DNA from: an uncultured Dehalococcoidales bacterium
Lineage (GTDB): Bacteria > Chloroflexota > Dehalococcoidia > E44-bin15
Length of the DNA: 64,000 bases
Direction of reading: 5' to 3'
Assembly: GCA_964428725.1 (NCBI GenBank)
Contig: CAYRYW010000009.1
Location: 468-64,467 of the forward strand
The position numbers were made by a program, and so were the translations under genes. The notes below the pieces were generated by a model. It did not search any database and had not been told where the DNA came from. It saw nothing but the letters and a program-made list of their open reading frames with translations. This document shows positions 32,156-39,934 of the stretch, piece by piece. Positions within the stretch are counted from its first letter, which is position 1. The number at the start of each line of letters is the position of its first letter.

Positions 32156-32706
32156 AGCAGCGGCCCGTAACCCGAGTCGTTCAGATCGTCCATTACGTCG
32201 TCGTAGGCGCTAATGGCCCATTTTTGGGTTCGTCCTCGATCGGTCACGGTCCTCAAAACCCGGTCGCGGGCAATGCCCAGACCGATAGCCGCAGTGATCC
32301 ATCCGTAGATGGCATCCCACTTCGCACGCTTGACTGCGGGCAGGGTGCCTCCGGAGCACTCCGGGCAGGTGTCTACGCTCAACACGGCCCCGATGACATC
32401 AACTGTGGGGCGGTTCTCCTTCAGGAAGGCATCACACAAAGCGCTGAGTGCATGATCGTGGTCGAGCACGAACTCACGCCCGCACTCTTTGCACTGGCAC
32501 TCAATGCCCTCCTCCCTCGACTGCCGCAAGAAGTCCACGGCGTTGACGAATTCGCCTACCGTGTCTGCCATAGAGCGGGTCTCCTCGTCGAACTCGGCAG
32601 CGTCGCCCCGAAACCCGCAAGTACCACAAGCCCAATCCTGGTGGAGATTGTTGGTCTCTCTGACGTTCGCGCTCTTGCACTTCGGGCAGCTTATCTTGCT
32701 CATCAT
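32152..32706 (-). CDS. zinc-ribbon protein, first gene of the leftward arm
   Basis: 184 codons. Contains CPKC..CGTCG, CQCKECG and CPEC motifs. GAGGAGGCACATG ATG context shared with the leader of cassette copy 1. Confidence 0.55.
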   Translation of the reverse strand: MMSKISCPKCKSANVRETNNLHQDWACGTCGFRGDAAEFDEETRSMADTVGEFVNAVDFLRQSREEGIECQCKECGREFVLDHDHALSALCDAFLKENRPTVDVIGAVLSVDTCPECSGGTLPAVKRAKWDAIYGWITAAIGLGIARDRVLRTVTDRGRTQKWAISAYDDVMDDLNDSGYGPLL

Positions 32707-32845
32707 GTGCCTCCTCAGGGCCGTGCTCTAGATCGTGCAGCCCAATCCTCGATGCGGGATCTCTCCCACACCCCTATTAAACCACACCGGAGGGCCCCGC
32801 ACAAATGTCGGGTGTCATACGCTGGACATAACAGGTATCATATGT
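32707..32845 (-). promoter_or_regulatory. promoter/operator cassette, copy 4 (leftward promoter of the divergent control region)
   Basis: Minus strand: -35 TTGTGC (32804-32799), 17-nt spacer, TGG-TTTAAT (-10 at 32781-32776). GTGTCA half-site at 32812-32817. The leader is nearly identical to copy 1. Confidence 0.6.
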
Positions 32846-32865
32846 GCCATGTTATGGTTGGAAGG

Positions 32866-32908
32866 GTGTCATGTGACACTTGCGCTTCGAGTTGGGCTGT
32901 GGTTTAAT
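32866..32908 (+). promoter_or_regulatory. rightward promoter of the divergent control region
   Basis: Palindrome GTGTCA-TG-TGACAC (32866-32879) abuts -35 TTGCGC (32880-32885). A 17-nt spacer is followed by TGG-TTTAAT (-10 at 32903-32908) and then a G-run. Confidence 0.6.
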
Positions 32909-32945
32909 GGGGGGGAGCAACCCCCCGGCCCTGATCGGGCCCAAA

Positions 32946-33338
32946 ATGAACAAGGAGGAGGCTGTGGCATCTGACGAGTTTAATTTCACCTGGGGTCTAC
33001 ACCTCCTGGACGAGCTGGGGTACGTGCAGCTATTTGTATTCATGCTGCGGGCATACTCTCAGCTCGGGATTACCAGGACGGAGATGCTGCTCTTGAGCCA
33101 TCTTGCCAGTTATCACTACAACAGTCCGGCGGGAGAGAGCCGGCCGTCGCTGACGACGGTAGCAAGGGAGATGGGCTACAGGAGCAGGGTTTCCGTTTCC
33201 AGGTTAGTGTCATCCCTGAAGGAGAAGGGAATGCTAGTGGTACACGAACGACCGGGGAAGCCGTCGATCTATGATGCCTCCCCGTTCGCCAGAGCAGCGT
33301 TGCGCAAATTTCTCAGGCTGCACAAGGAGGAGCTATGA
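32946..33338 (+). CDS. winged-helix DNA-binding protein (candidate regulator)
   Basis: The ATG at 32946 is the first start downstream of the predicted promoter; the track ORF starts at 32880. Contains SLTTVAREMGYRSRVSVSRLVSSLKEKGMLV. Confidence 0.5.
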   Translation: MNKEEAVASDEFNFTWGLHLLDELGYVQLFVFMLRAYSQLGITRTEMLLLSHLASYHYNSPAGESRPSLTTVAREMGYRSRVSVSRLVSSLKEKGMLVVHERPGKPSIYDASPFARAALRKFLRLHKEEL

Positions 33339-33961
33339 CCGAAGATACCGCGAGTACCAAGGAGAGGGCGGCAAAGGTTCTGCGCGTTTTGGCCCGATCG
33401 ATGAAGCAGGGGACCCTCTGCCTATCGGTGTGCAATAGTGTCTCCCCCCTGAACCAATTGGGAGAAACCGCCGGGGGCATAGAAGAAATAGCCGGCTTGC
33501 TGGAGGAAGGATGCCCCCACAAGGACGAGACGGCCGCACTGCTGCACGAAGCTGCCGATCTCCTAAATGTGCTCATCCTAAAGGAACGAGTGGAGGAGGG
33601 GGATCAGGAGAACAGGGCCCGATCCCTGATGTACCGGCTCCGGAAAAGGGCAAAGCGCGGGGGAGGGCGAGATCACGGAACTATTTCCAAGACCACCGGG
33701 CAGGGGCAGCCTGTTGCGTCGATGGAGCGGGTGCTATCGCTGGTTCGCGAGGAGCGGGCCAGACAGGTGCACCTATGGGGCGATGAAGACCGATCGGACG
33801 GTTGGTGGAGGATGATTCTGGACGAGGAACTGGGGGAGGCGGCTAGGATATGGCTGGAGGAAACCTATGATGCCCAGCCGGCCGCGTGGTTCAGGGAGAT
33901 GGTCCAGGCAGCGGCTGTCCTGGTGGCGTGGTTGGAGCACAGACTCAATCGGGCTGGATAG
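33335..33961 (+). CDS. protein with C-terminal all-alpha NTP-pyrophosphohydrolase-like domain (MazG/DUF550-like)
   Basis: 208 codons, ATGA coupling. The C-terminal 85 aa (RARQVHLWGDEDRS..WWRMILDEELGEAARIW...FREMVQAAAVLVAWLE) fits the R..Q...WG ... W..IL.EE.GE ... E..Q.AA pattern of phage MazG-like enzymes. Confidence 0.45.
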   Translation: MTEDTASTKERAAKVLRVLARSMKQGTLCLSVCNSVSPLNQLGETAGGIEEIAGLLEEGCPHKDETAALLHEAADLLNVLILKERVEEGDQENRARSLMYRLRKRAKRGGGRDHGTISKTTGQGQPVASMERVLSLVREERARQVHLWGDEDRSDGWWRMILDEELGEAARIWLEETYDAQPAAWFREMVQAAAVLVAWLEHRLNRAG

Positions 33962-33964
33962 AGG

Positions 33965-34005
33965 TGTATACTCCCGTATACAATAGGTGTATACTCCCGT
34001 ATACA
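33965..34005. promoter_or_regulatory. two tandem copies of an 18-bp perfect palindrome (candidate operator)
   Basis: TGTATAC-TCCC-GTATACA occurs at 33965-33982 and again at 33988-34005, separated by ATAGG. It is an AT-rich island in the gap between two genes. Confidence 0.6.
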
Positions 34006-34013
34006 CGAAGAAC

Positions 34014-34322
34014 ATGAAAAAGAATCCGATTCTTCACCGAAGAAATCGCCCCCTTACGGGGGAATCTTTCCAAGCGCTGCCCCTGCTGGAGATAGATATA
34101 GAGCTTGCAGACCGGTTTGGGCCGATGGCCTTGCAGATGGCCAAACTGGCCGGTGGGTGTGGCCTATCAGAGGAGGGCCGGCAAGCAGTCCTGGAGATCG
34201 TAGACGGCTTACACCCTGGTACAGCGGCCGCCGCTCAGCTCCTCGTTGAGTGGGTCGGCTCCTCTAAGGAAATCCTCCCGCTGCCTCTGGAGGACCAGAA
34301 GGAGGGGTATCTGAATACTTGA
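34014..34322 (+). CDS. hypothetical protein
   Basis: The ATG at 34014 is preferred over the GTG at 33987, which lies inside the palindrome. 102 aa. Confidence 0.4.
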   Translation: MKKNPILHRRNRPLTGESFQALPLLEIDIELADRFGPMALQMAKLAGGCGLSEEGRQAVLEIVDGLHPGTAAAAQLLVEWVGSSKEILPLPLEDQKEGYLNT

Positions 34323-34347
34323 CAAAGAGGCCGAGCTGTGGTATAAT
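34319..34347 (+). promoter_or_regulatory. consensus sigma70-type promoter upstream of the packaging/structural genes
   Basis: TTGACA (34319-34324), a 17-nt spacer ending in TGG, TATAAT (34342-34347), then GGGGGT as in the other cassettes. Confidence 0.65.
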
Positions 34348-34613
34348 GGGGGTACCCTGAGGCCGGCCCGTCCTCAGGGTGGCTCGGAGAAGCTTCGCGC
34401 TTGATTCCGTGTCTCCTCCTGGACGGGGGCCCGGGGCCTTTAAACCGTCCCGGGCCCCTGACAGAGCGGATGGGCGAGGACTTTTTTGAAAAGAGTGTGG
34501 GTGCGCTGCGATAGACAAAGGGTGCAGCGTTTGGCAGGTCTGGTGGGAAGGCCAGCCGGGAAGTAACACCTCGTGGCGGATTCGGCCCTGATCGTTGGGG
34601 AAATGGAGACTCG

Positions 34614-35216
34614 GTGGCCCTTTGGAGGGAAGACCGGCCCCTAGATCGGATACGGGGAACAGATGAGCGCAGAGGGGAGACAAGGAGAGCCAACGCGGCG
34701 CTCCGTGAGTATGCGCTTATGGGTCCCGGCAGGTCTCTACTGAAGCTGCATGCCAGATTCCGGGCTATCCCCAAGAAGAATGCCCCTCAACCGCCCACGC
34801 GTCGTCTGTCAACTCTCAAACTGTGGTCAACCAAATATGACTGGGTTGCCAGGGTCAACCGGTGGGGCAAAATCCGCTGGGAGACCCGGCGTCGTGCTAT
34901 ACTCGAATCCGATTGGGAGGATGGGAGGGCCCTGAGGGAGAAGGCCCTGAAACTGTTAGAGGGTATAGATGGGAGCTCCCTTTCCCAGGTTGTGGAAGCG
35001 ATCCAGGTTGCCAGCAAACTGCAGCGCATGGCCACCGATGAGCCGACAGACAAGGTGGAGGTGGCCCTGACTGGGCAGGCCCTGGATGGGGTGATTGAGA
35101 GAGAGATAGCCCGGCTTCTGGAGGAAATGGGTGATGGATTGGGTGTAGAGGTGAGCCTAGAGGATGTCTTACCAGGGGGGAACAACCGCGATATCTCCAA
35201 ACTATCGACCGGGTGA
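34614..35216 (+). CDS. terminase small subunit (candidate)
   Basis: 200 codons, GTG start. Lies immediately upstream of, and overlapping, the large terminase. HTH-like segment GPGRSLLKLHARF. Basic N-terminal half, helical acidic C-terminal half. Confidence 0.55.
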   Translation: MALWREDRPLDRIRGTDERRGETRRANAALREYALMGPGRSLLKLHARFRAIPKKNAPQPPTRRLSTLKLWSTKYDWVARVNRWGKIRWETRRRAILESDWEDGRALREKALKLLEGIDGSSLSQVVEAIQVASKLQRMATDEPTDKVEVALTGQALDGVIEREIARLLEEMGDGLGVEVSLEDVLPGGNNRDISKLSTG

Positions 35217-36795
35217 TTGGCATCGATGGCCGACAGAGGATAAGCGGGCGCTACTGCAGAGACTCAGAGAGATAAGGAGGGCCGGACGGGCTGGATTTAG
35301 ACGGGGGACCCTTCAAGCACGAGGGAATTTTCTGTCCTTTATCAATTACACATTCCCTAACTATGTGCCAGATCCGGCTCACGAGCTGATCACAGACGTG
35401 CTGACCGAGGTTTTGCGCGGGAACCTGAAGCGGGTGATGCTATTTGCTCCCCCACAGCATGGAAAGAGCGAGATCGTTTCCGTTCGGTTTCCTGCTTTCT
35501 GGTTTGCGCACAGGCCCAATGATCCGGTTATCTTGTGTAGCTATGCTGCGTCTTTGGCCACGAGCAAATCCTGGGAGGCCCGATCGGTTGTGGAGAGCCC
35601 AGAGTATCGGGCTCTATTTCCGGGCATCGATACCGATCGATCTAGCAGGGCCAAGGATGAATGGAGAATCAAGGGGTATCGGGGAGAGCTGGTGGCTGCG
35701 GGTGTTAGGGGCCCGATTGCTGGTCACGGCGCACTGTGTGGAATCATCGATGATCCGTTCAAGAATCGCCAGGAGGCCTTCTCCAGGGTTCGTAGGGAGG
35801 AGGTCTGGAATTGGTGGCGCTCGACATTCCGCCCGCGAATCTGGGAGGGCGGGGCAGTTGTTATCGTCACGACCCGGTGGCACGAGGACGATCTGGCCGG
35901 CCGGCTGCTGCAAGGACAGCGGGATAAATGGAAGGTGATCCGGCTCCCTGCACTGGCGGAATCCCAGGAGGACCGGGACAAGGCCAATACTCGTATTGGG
36001 CTGGAATCTGGTGTGCCCGATCCGTTGGGAAGGGAACCCGGAGAGGCCCTTTGCCCTCAGCGCTTTAGCCGGGCGGCGCTCCATGAGACTAAGGAGGACG
36101 TCGGGAATTATGTCTGGTTCTCCCAGTTTCAGGGCTCCCCCAAGCCTCCAGAAGGGGGCAGGATTAAGCGGGTCTGGTTTGAGATCGTGGACCGGGTTCC
36201 GGATATCGAGGGGGTCTTGTGGTGCAGGTATTGGGATAAAGCTGGCACTGAGGGAGGCGGGGCCTTCTCTTGTGGCACGAGAATGGCGGCCGTCCCTCTG
36301 GAGGGCAGCGCGTCTTACGGGAATCCCACCAAGTGGCACTTTTACGTTGCAGACATTCGCAGAGGCCAATGGTCTTCTGGTACCAGGGAAGCTAGGATCA
36401 TCCAGGCAGCCAAAGACGATGCGATCTTGGATTGGAAGGATGAGGGGGAGTATGAGATTCTCGATCCGGGCCCCCCGATTTGGGTGGAGCAGGAGCCGGG
36501 CAGTGGGGGCAAGGAGTCTGCCGAGGCCACGATTTCCCGTCTTATTGGATTCGATGCCCACCTTGACAGGGTAACTGGGGCAAAGGAGCTGAGATGGGAG
36601 CCGTTTATTGCGGCTTCCGAGAATGGGCGGGTGTTTCTGGTTCGGGGGCCCTGGGTGTGGGATTGGCTGGACGAGGTATGCGCTGTCCCATTCGGGACAT
36701 TCAGAGACCAAATAGACTCAGGGTCTGGGGCTTTTGCAAAGCTGGTGGCCAAGACTAGGCGTAAGAAGAAAAAGGCCTACCACGGCCTGGTGTGA
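35164..36795 (+). CDS. terL: terminase large subunit
   Basis: 543 codons. Walker A-like FAPPQHGKSE. Walker B/coupling IIDDPFKN. TTRWHEDDL. C-terminal nuclease-type region. Typical size and position. Confidence 0.85.
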   Translation: MSYQGGTTAISPNYRPGDWHRWPTEDKRALLQRLREIRRAGRAGFRRGTLQARGNFLSFINYTFPNYVPDPAHELITDVLTEVLRGNLKRVMLFAPPQHGKSEIVSVRFPAFWFAHRPNDPVILCSYAASLATSKSWEARSVVESPEYRALFPGIDTDRSSRAKDEWRIKGYRGELVAAGVRGPIAGHGALCGIIDDPFKNRQEAFSRVRREEVWNWWRSTFRPRIWEGGAVVIVTTRWHEDDLAGRLLQGQRDKWKVIRLPALAESQEDRDKANTRIGLESGVPDPLGREPGEALCPQRFSRAALHETKEDVGNYVWFSQFQGSPKPPEGGRIKRVWFEIVDRVPDIEGVLWCRYWDKAGTEGGGAFSCGTRMAAVPLEGSASYGNPTKWHFYVADIRRGQWSSGTREARIIQAAKDDAILDWKDEGEYEILDPGPPIWVEQEPGSGGKESAEATISRLIGFDAHLDRVTGAKELRWEPFIAASENGRVFLVRGPWVWDWLDEVCAVPFGTFRDQIDSGSGAFAKLVAKTRRKKKKAYHGLV

Positions 36796-36805
36796 AGGGG
36801 GACGG

Positions 36806-37141
36806 ATGTCGGAATTGTATCAAGCTCTAGTGGATGGGCGGGTGACGCTGGATGGTCTTAAGGCGGAGGCCGACCCGGAGCCCAAGCAGCGGGGGAGCCA
36901 GAATCAGCAAGGGGCTCCCAAAAGTGGGGGCATGCGCAGGTTCCGCTTGAACCGCAAGCAGGACGAGAGCGGAGTTTCGGGGGAGGGCATTGTCGCCGAG
37001 GGAGTGGCGTTCTCCAATGGGCAGTGCGCCCTGCATTGGCTGGGGGATCTCTCCTCGATTGTTCTGTACGACGATATGCAGACGTTAGAATCGGTACACG
37101 GCCACGGCGGGAAAACCGAAGTGCTGTGGATGGACAATTAA
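36806..37141 (+). CDS. hypothetical protein
   Basis: ATG at 36806 after GAAGGGGGA; the track ORF starts at 36734 inside terL. N terminus ..ALVDGRVTLDGLKAEAD resembles that of the 55915 product. Confidence 0.45.
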   Translation: MSELYQALVDGRVTLDGLKAEADPEPKQRGSQNQQGAPKSGGMRRFRLNRKQDESGVSGEGIVAEGVAFSNGQCALHWLGDLSSIVLYDDMQTLESVHGHGGKTEVLWMDN

Positions 37142-37151
37142 GGAGTGTAGC

Positions 37152-37778
37152 ATGAAGATGAGTTCCAGAGTGGCGCAGAGGATAGCCGATCGAATCACGG
37201 ACGGTCTGCTGGTATCCGGACGGGGGCGAGCAGCCAATGCCAAGGCCGGTGGCGATGACTTTACCGATTTCGTCCGGACTCTAACGAGAGACCTGAGCCG
37301 GTTTCAGAGAGAGATATTTAGCACCGTTGACCGGGTGTGTAAAAGATTCGGTGTCGAGACCCCATCTGCTATCCGCGGCATAATTGTGGAGGATCTCGGC
37401 GAGCTCGTTGCTTACGTTCAGGCAGCAGCGGCCCGGGGCTCTTATCGATCAATTGCCGGGTTGGCGACTAACCCGGTTGCTCCTATCAGATATCTTGCTG
37501 ATGACCCTGAGGAGCTGTTGGAGGAGATAGATGCAGCGACCACTTATCTGGAGAGACGGAGGGGTGAGCTGGTGAAGCTGAGTGGGGGTATCGCCCTGTC
37601 GAGCCGCACTTTCAAGCGCCTGTTGCATGTGACGGCCGGGGGGCGGGACGAGGCATCTAGGGAGCTGGCCAGGCATATAAAAGGGATATCGGAGGAGGTG
37701 GCCGCGGCATTCTCTGCAACCCATGAGGCTCTGGATAGGGTAGAGCGGGCGTTGTCCTCTCTGGAAAGGATTCGATGA
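37152..37778 (+). CDS. helical protein, paralogue family member 1 (KAGGD motif at residues 31-35)
   Basis: 208 codons. N terminus VAQRIADRITDGL..NAKAGGDDF parallels the 38140 product. Coupled to the next gene. Confidence 0.55.
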   Translation: MKMSSRVAQRIADRITDGLLVSGRGRAANAKAGGDDFTDFVRTLTRDLSRFQREIFSTVDRVCKRFGVETPSAIRGIIVEDLGELVAYVQAAAARGSYRSIAGLATNPVAPIRYLADDPEELLEEIDAATTYLERRRGELVKLSGGIALSSRTFKRLLHVTAGGRDEASRELARHIKGISEEVAAAFSATHEALDRVERALSSLERIR

Positions 37779-38143
37779 TGAGTGGGGCACTACAGCAATT
37801 TCTGAAGAGTGGGGGCGCGTTCGATGATCTGAAAGGCAACGATGGTTCCTCTCCCCCCGTTAAGGCAGGGGGAGATTTGGATTGGCTACAGGGCCGGCTG
37901 CAGGGTTCCCAGCGCGAATTGGGTGGGCTGATGCGCAGGGTACATAACCTGTCCGGGGATGTGGTCCAAGTCGGTCTGGACTTGGCCCCTGTCGGGCAGC
38001 GGGCAGAGCGGGCGGGATTCGACGATATCTTCAGTACAGCCGCCGATGCCTTCGACCACATCGCCGATGCCAGGGAGCTTCTGGACTCCGCCGAGAAGGC
38101 CCTCAAGCAGGCGGAGAGGGTGTTGAATAGGGGAACTAGATGA
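37775..38143 (+). CDS. helical protein, paralogue family member 2 (KAGGD at residues 30-34)
   Basis: 122 codons, ATGA coupling at both ends. Contains PPVKAGGDLDWL. The C-terminal AEKALKQAERVL is like its neighbours. Confidence 0.5.
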   Translation: MMSGALQQFLKSGGAFDDLKGNDGSSPPVKAGGDLDWLQGRLQGSQRELGGLMRRVHNLSGDVVQVGLDLAPVGQRAERAGFDDIFSTAADAFDHIADARELLDSAEKALKQAERVLNRGTR

Positions 38144-38655
38144 GCAACCGACCAGTAGCACAAGAGATCGCCTCCCGTATTGCCGAGGGACTAGCGGGTG
38201 GGCCAATCAAGGCCGGCGGTGACGTTGCCAGATTAGAGAGGGAGCTGGAGACCGAGTTTGGTGCATTGGCCCGTCAGGTGAAGAGCCGGGTGGAGAATGT
38301 GTGTGGCCGGTTCGGCATTTCTTTGGGGCCCAAACTGCAGCGGTGGATAGACAGAGCATTCAGAGATTTGCATATTCGGATTTCAGACACCGTTGGGTAT
38401 ATGATGGAGGAAGCCGGCATGCTGTCCTTGCCCGACTCCCGGCTTCCGGCTGTCAAGTTCGGCTCCAATGAGAAGCTCCTCAAAGAGGCCTCCCAGCATC
38501 TGGAGCGGGCCTACCGGGTGGCGGACATGGCGTCCAAGTCACTCAGGCGGACTGATCCCTCTACTTCGGATCTAATCGATCGAGCTACTCGCAAGATGGC
38601 TGCTGCCAATGGAGAGATCCGGGGGGCGAAAGACCGGTTGGGAGGATACCCGTGA
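38140..38655 (+). CDS. helical protein, paralogue family member 3 (KAGGD at residues 24-28)
   Basis: 171 codons. VAQEIASRIAEGLAGGPIKAGGDVARL. ..VENVCGRFGISL parallels ..VDRVCKRFGVET in member 1. Confidence 0.55.
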   Translation: MSNRPVAQEIASRIAEGLAGGPIKAGGDVARLERELETEFGALARQVKSRVENVCGRFGISLGPKLQRWIDRAFRDLHIRISDTVGYMMEEAGMLSLPDSRLPAVKFGSNEKLLKEASQHLERAYRVADMASKSLRRTDPSTSDLIDRATRKMAAANGEIRGAKDRLGGYP

Positions 38656-39266
38656 GCACCTATCGGCACAGGCCGTATCGAGCAGCAACCAGCGTCCCAC
38701 GCCTCGTCCGACAGGTGGACGATGCAATCAAGGAGATCGACGGCATCAAGAAGGAACTAGACACGGCCGGTACTCATTCGGCCAGGCTCAAAACCAAATT
38801 GCTAGCACTGGCCAGAGATGCCGCCGAATTCGGGGCCGAAGAAATCGCTGTTGCTGCGCGGTTCCTGTCCAAAAATGTTTTGCGCGACATGAACAGCGCA
38901 GATTCCAACCTGATCGAGGCCAAACACCAACTGGAGCAAGCGGCGCGCCGGCTGGAATCCCGTGAAGAGAAGGCATATCCGCATATCCCGTCACCGGTCA
39001 AGGCAGGGCCTCTGGAGCCGTTCCCTACAGTGCTGAAGAACCATTGGAGATCGGTGTCCAGGATATTGAATGGGGATCTCAGCAGACAGCCCGGTGCTCT
39101 TAGGGCCAGAGCATCTGAGATAAAGAATGAGAACGGTGGGGCCCCCGATCGGCATACTGAGGCCCTATACCAGGCGGCCGACAAGGTGGACGATGCCTTG
39201 AAGGCTCTGGATAATGCCCGGTCGGTTCTGGGCAGGGCCGGGACCATCCTGCAGCGGGCGGGATAG
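38652..39266 (+). CDS. helical protein, possible distant family member 4
   Basis: 204 codons, GTGA coupling. Internal SPVKAGPLEP. C-terminal ALKALDNARSVLGRAG. Confidence 0.5.
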   Translation: MSTYRHRPYRAATSVPRLVRQVDDAIKEIDGIKKELDTAGTHSARLKTKLLALARDAAEFGAEEIAVAARFLSKNVLRDMNSADSNLIEAKHQLEQAARRLESREEKAYPHIPSPVKAGPLEPFPTVLKNHWRSVSRILNGDLSRQPGALRARASEIKNENGGAPDRHTEALYQAADKVDDALKALDNARSVLGRAGTILQRAG

Positions 39267-39355
39267 GAGGTAACGGGGGGGGAGATTTCTGGGTAAAAGA
39301 GGGCGGCGGCATCTGAGCTGGCACGATTTCAACCATATACTTGAGGAGAAAACCA

Positions 39356-39898
39356 ATGACTTCTGAAGGAATGAGTGGTACGCGCAACAAAATGACGGGG
39401 GCCCTGATCGTTGGGGCCCTGCTTCCGGTTTTGCTTCCAGCGCTTCTGGTGATCCCGGTGGGCACGAGCCCAGAGGAAGTTTGGGAGGCCATCCTGGCCT
39501 TCCTCACCATGGTCTGGACCTATGATGGGGTCAAGTGGATCGTGTTTCATGTCCTGCTGAACACCGTTGCAGCTTTGGCGGTTTCGATCTACACCGGTGA
39601 GTTCATCTTGGGGAAGTTCTTCGAGTTTCTGTATCGGAAACTCCTGCCCTACGTGTTGCTCTACTATGTGGCCAAGCTGGTGGGGATGGAAGTTGGCCAG
39701 GAGTGGATCGCCCCTGCTTGTTGGGCCATCATCGGGGCTACCCTGCTGGGCGATCTGGCCGACAATGCCCTGAAGCTGAACCTCCCATTACCAGAGAAGG
39801 TCAAGATGGCTCTGTCCTGGTTCGTGAAGATGGTCAAGGCCAATCCCAGCATGCAGGCCAGGGAGGCCTACCTCCGGCACTACAGGAGCAAGTTCTAG
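39356..39898 (+). CDS. integral membrane protein (about 4 TM helices); holin candidate
   Basis: ATG at 39356, 7 nt after GAGGAG. Four hydrophobic stretches. Lies upstream of glycosidase/peptidase genes. Confidence 0.45.
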   Translation: MTSEGMSGTRNKMTGALIVGALLPVLLPALLVIPVGTSPEEVWEAILAFLTMVWTYDGVKWIVFHVLLNTVAALAVSIYTGEFILGKFFEFLYRKLLPYVLLYYVAKLVGMEVGQEWIAPACWAIIGATLLGDLADNALKLNLPLPEKVKMALSWFVKMVKANPSMQAREAYLRHYRSKF

Positions 39899-39934
39899 AG
39901 CCGAAGCCGGCCAGATAGGAGCGCACACTGATGA

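Noticed and set aside
8827-32845. The four repeated ~120-bp blocks as a CRISPR array, MITE or other mobile repeat.
   Set aside because: They are 6-10 kb apart and all in the same orientation. Each sits exactly in an inter-operon gap and contains -35/-10 elements with fixed 17-nt spacing. There are no terminal inverted repeats or target-site duplications.
34354-34490. A discrete small RNA ending at the T6 run.
   Set aside because: The T6 run is not immediately preceded by a stable hairpin; the 10-bp stem ends 23 nt upstream. A terminated sRNA is therefore unsupported, and the region is reported only as a structured leader.
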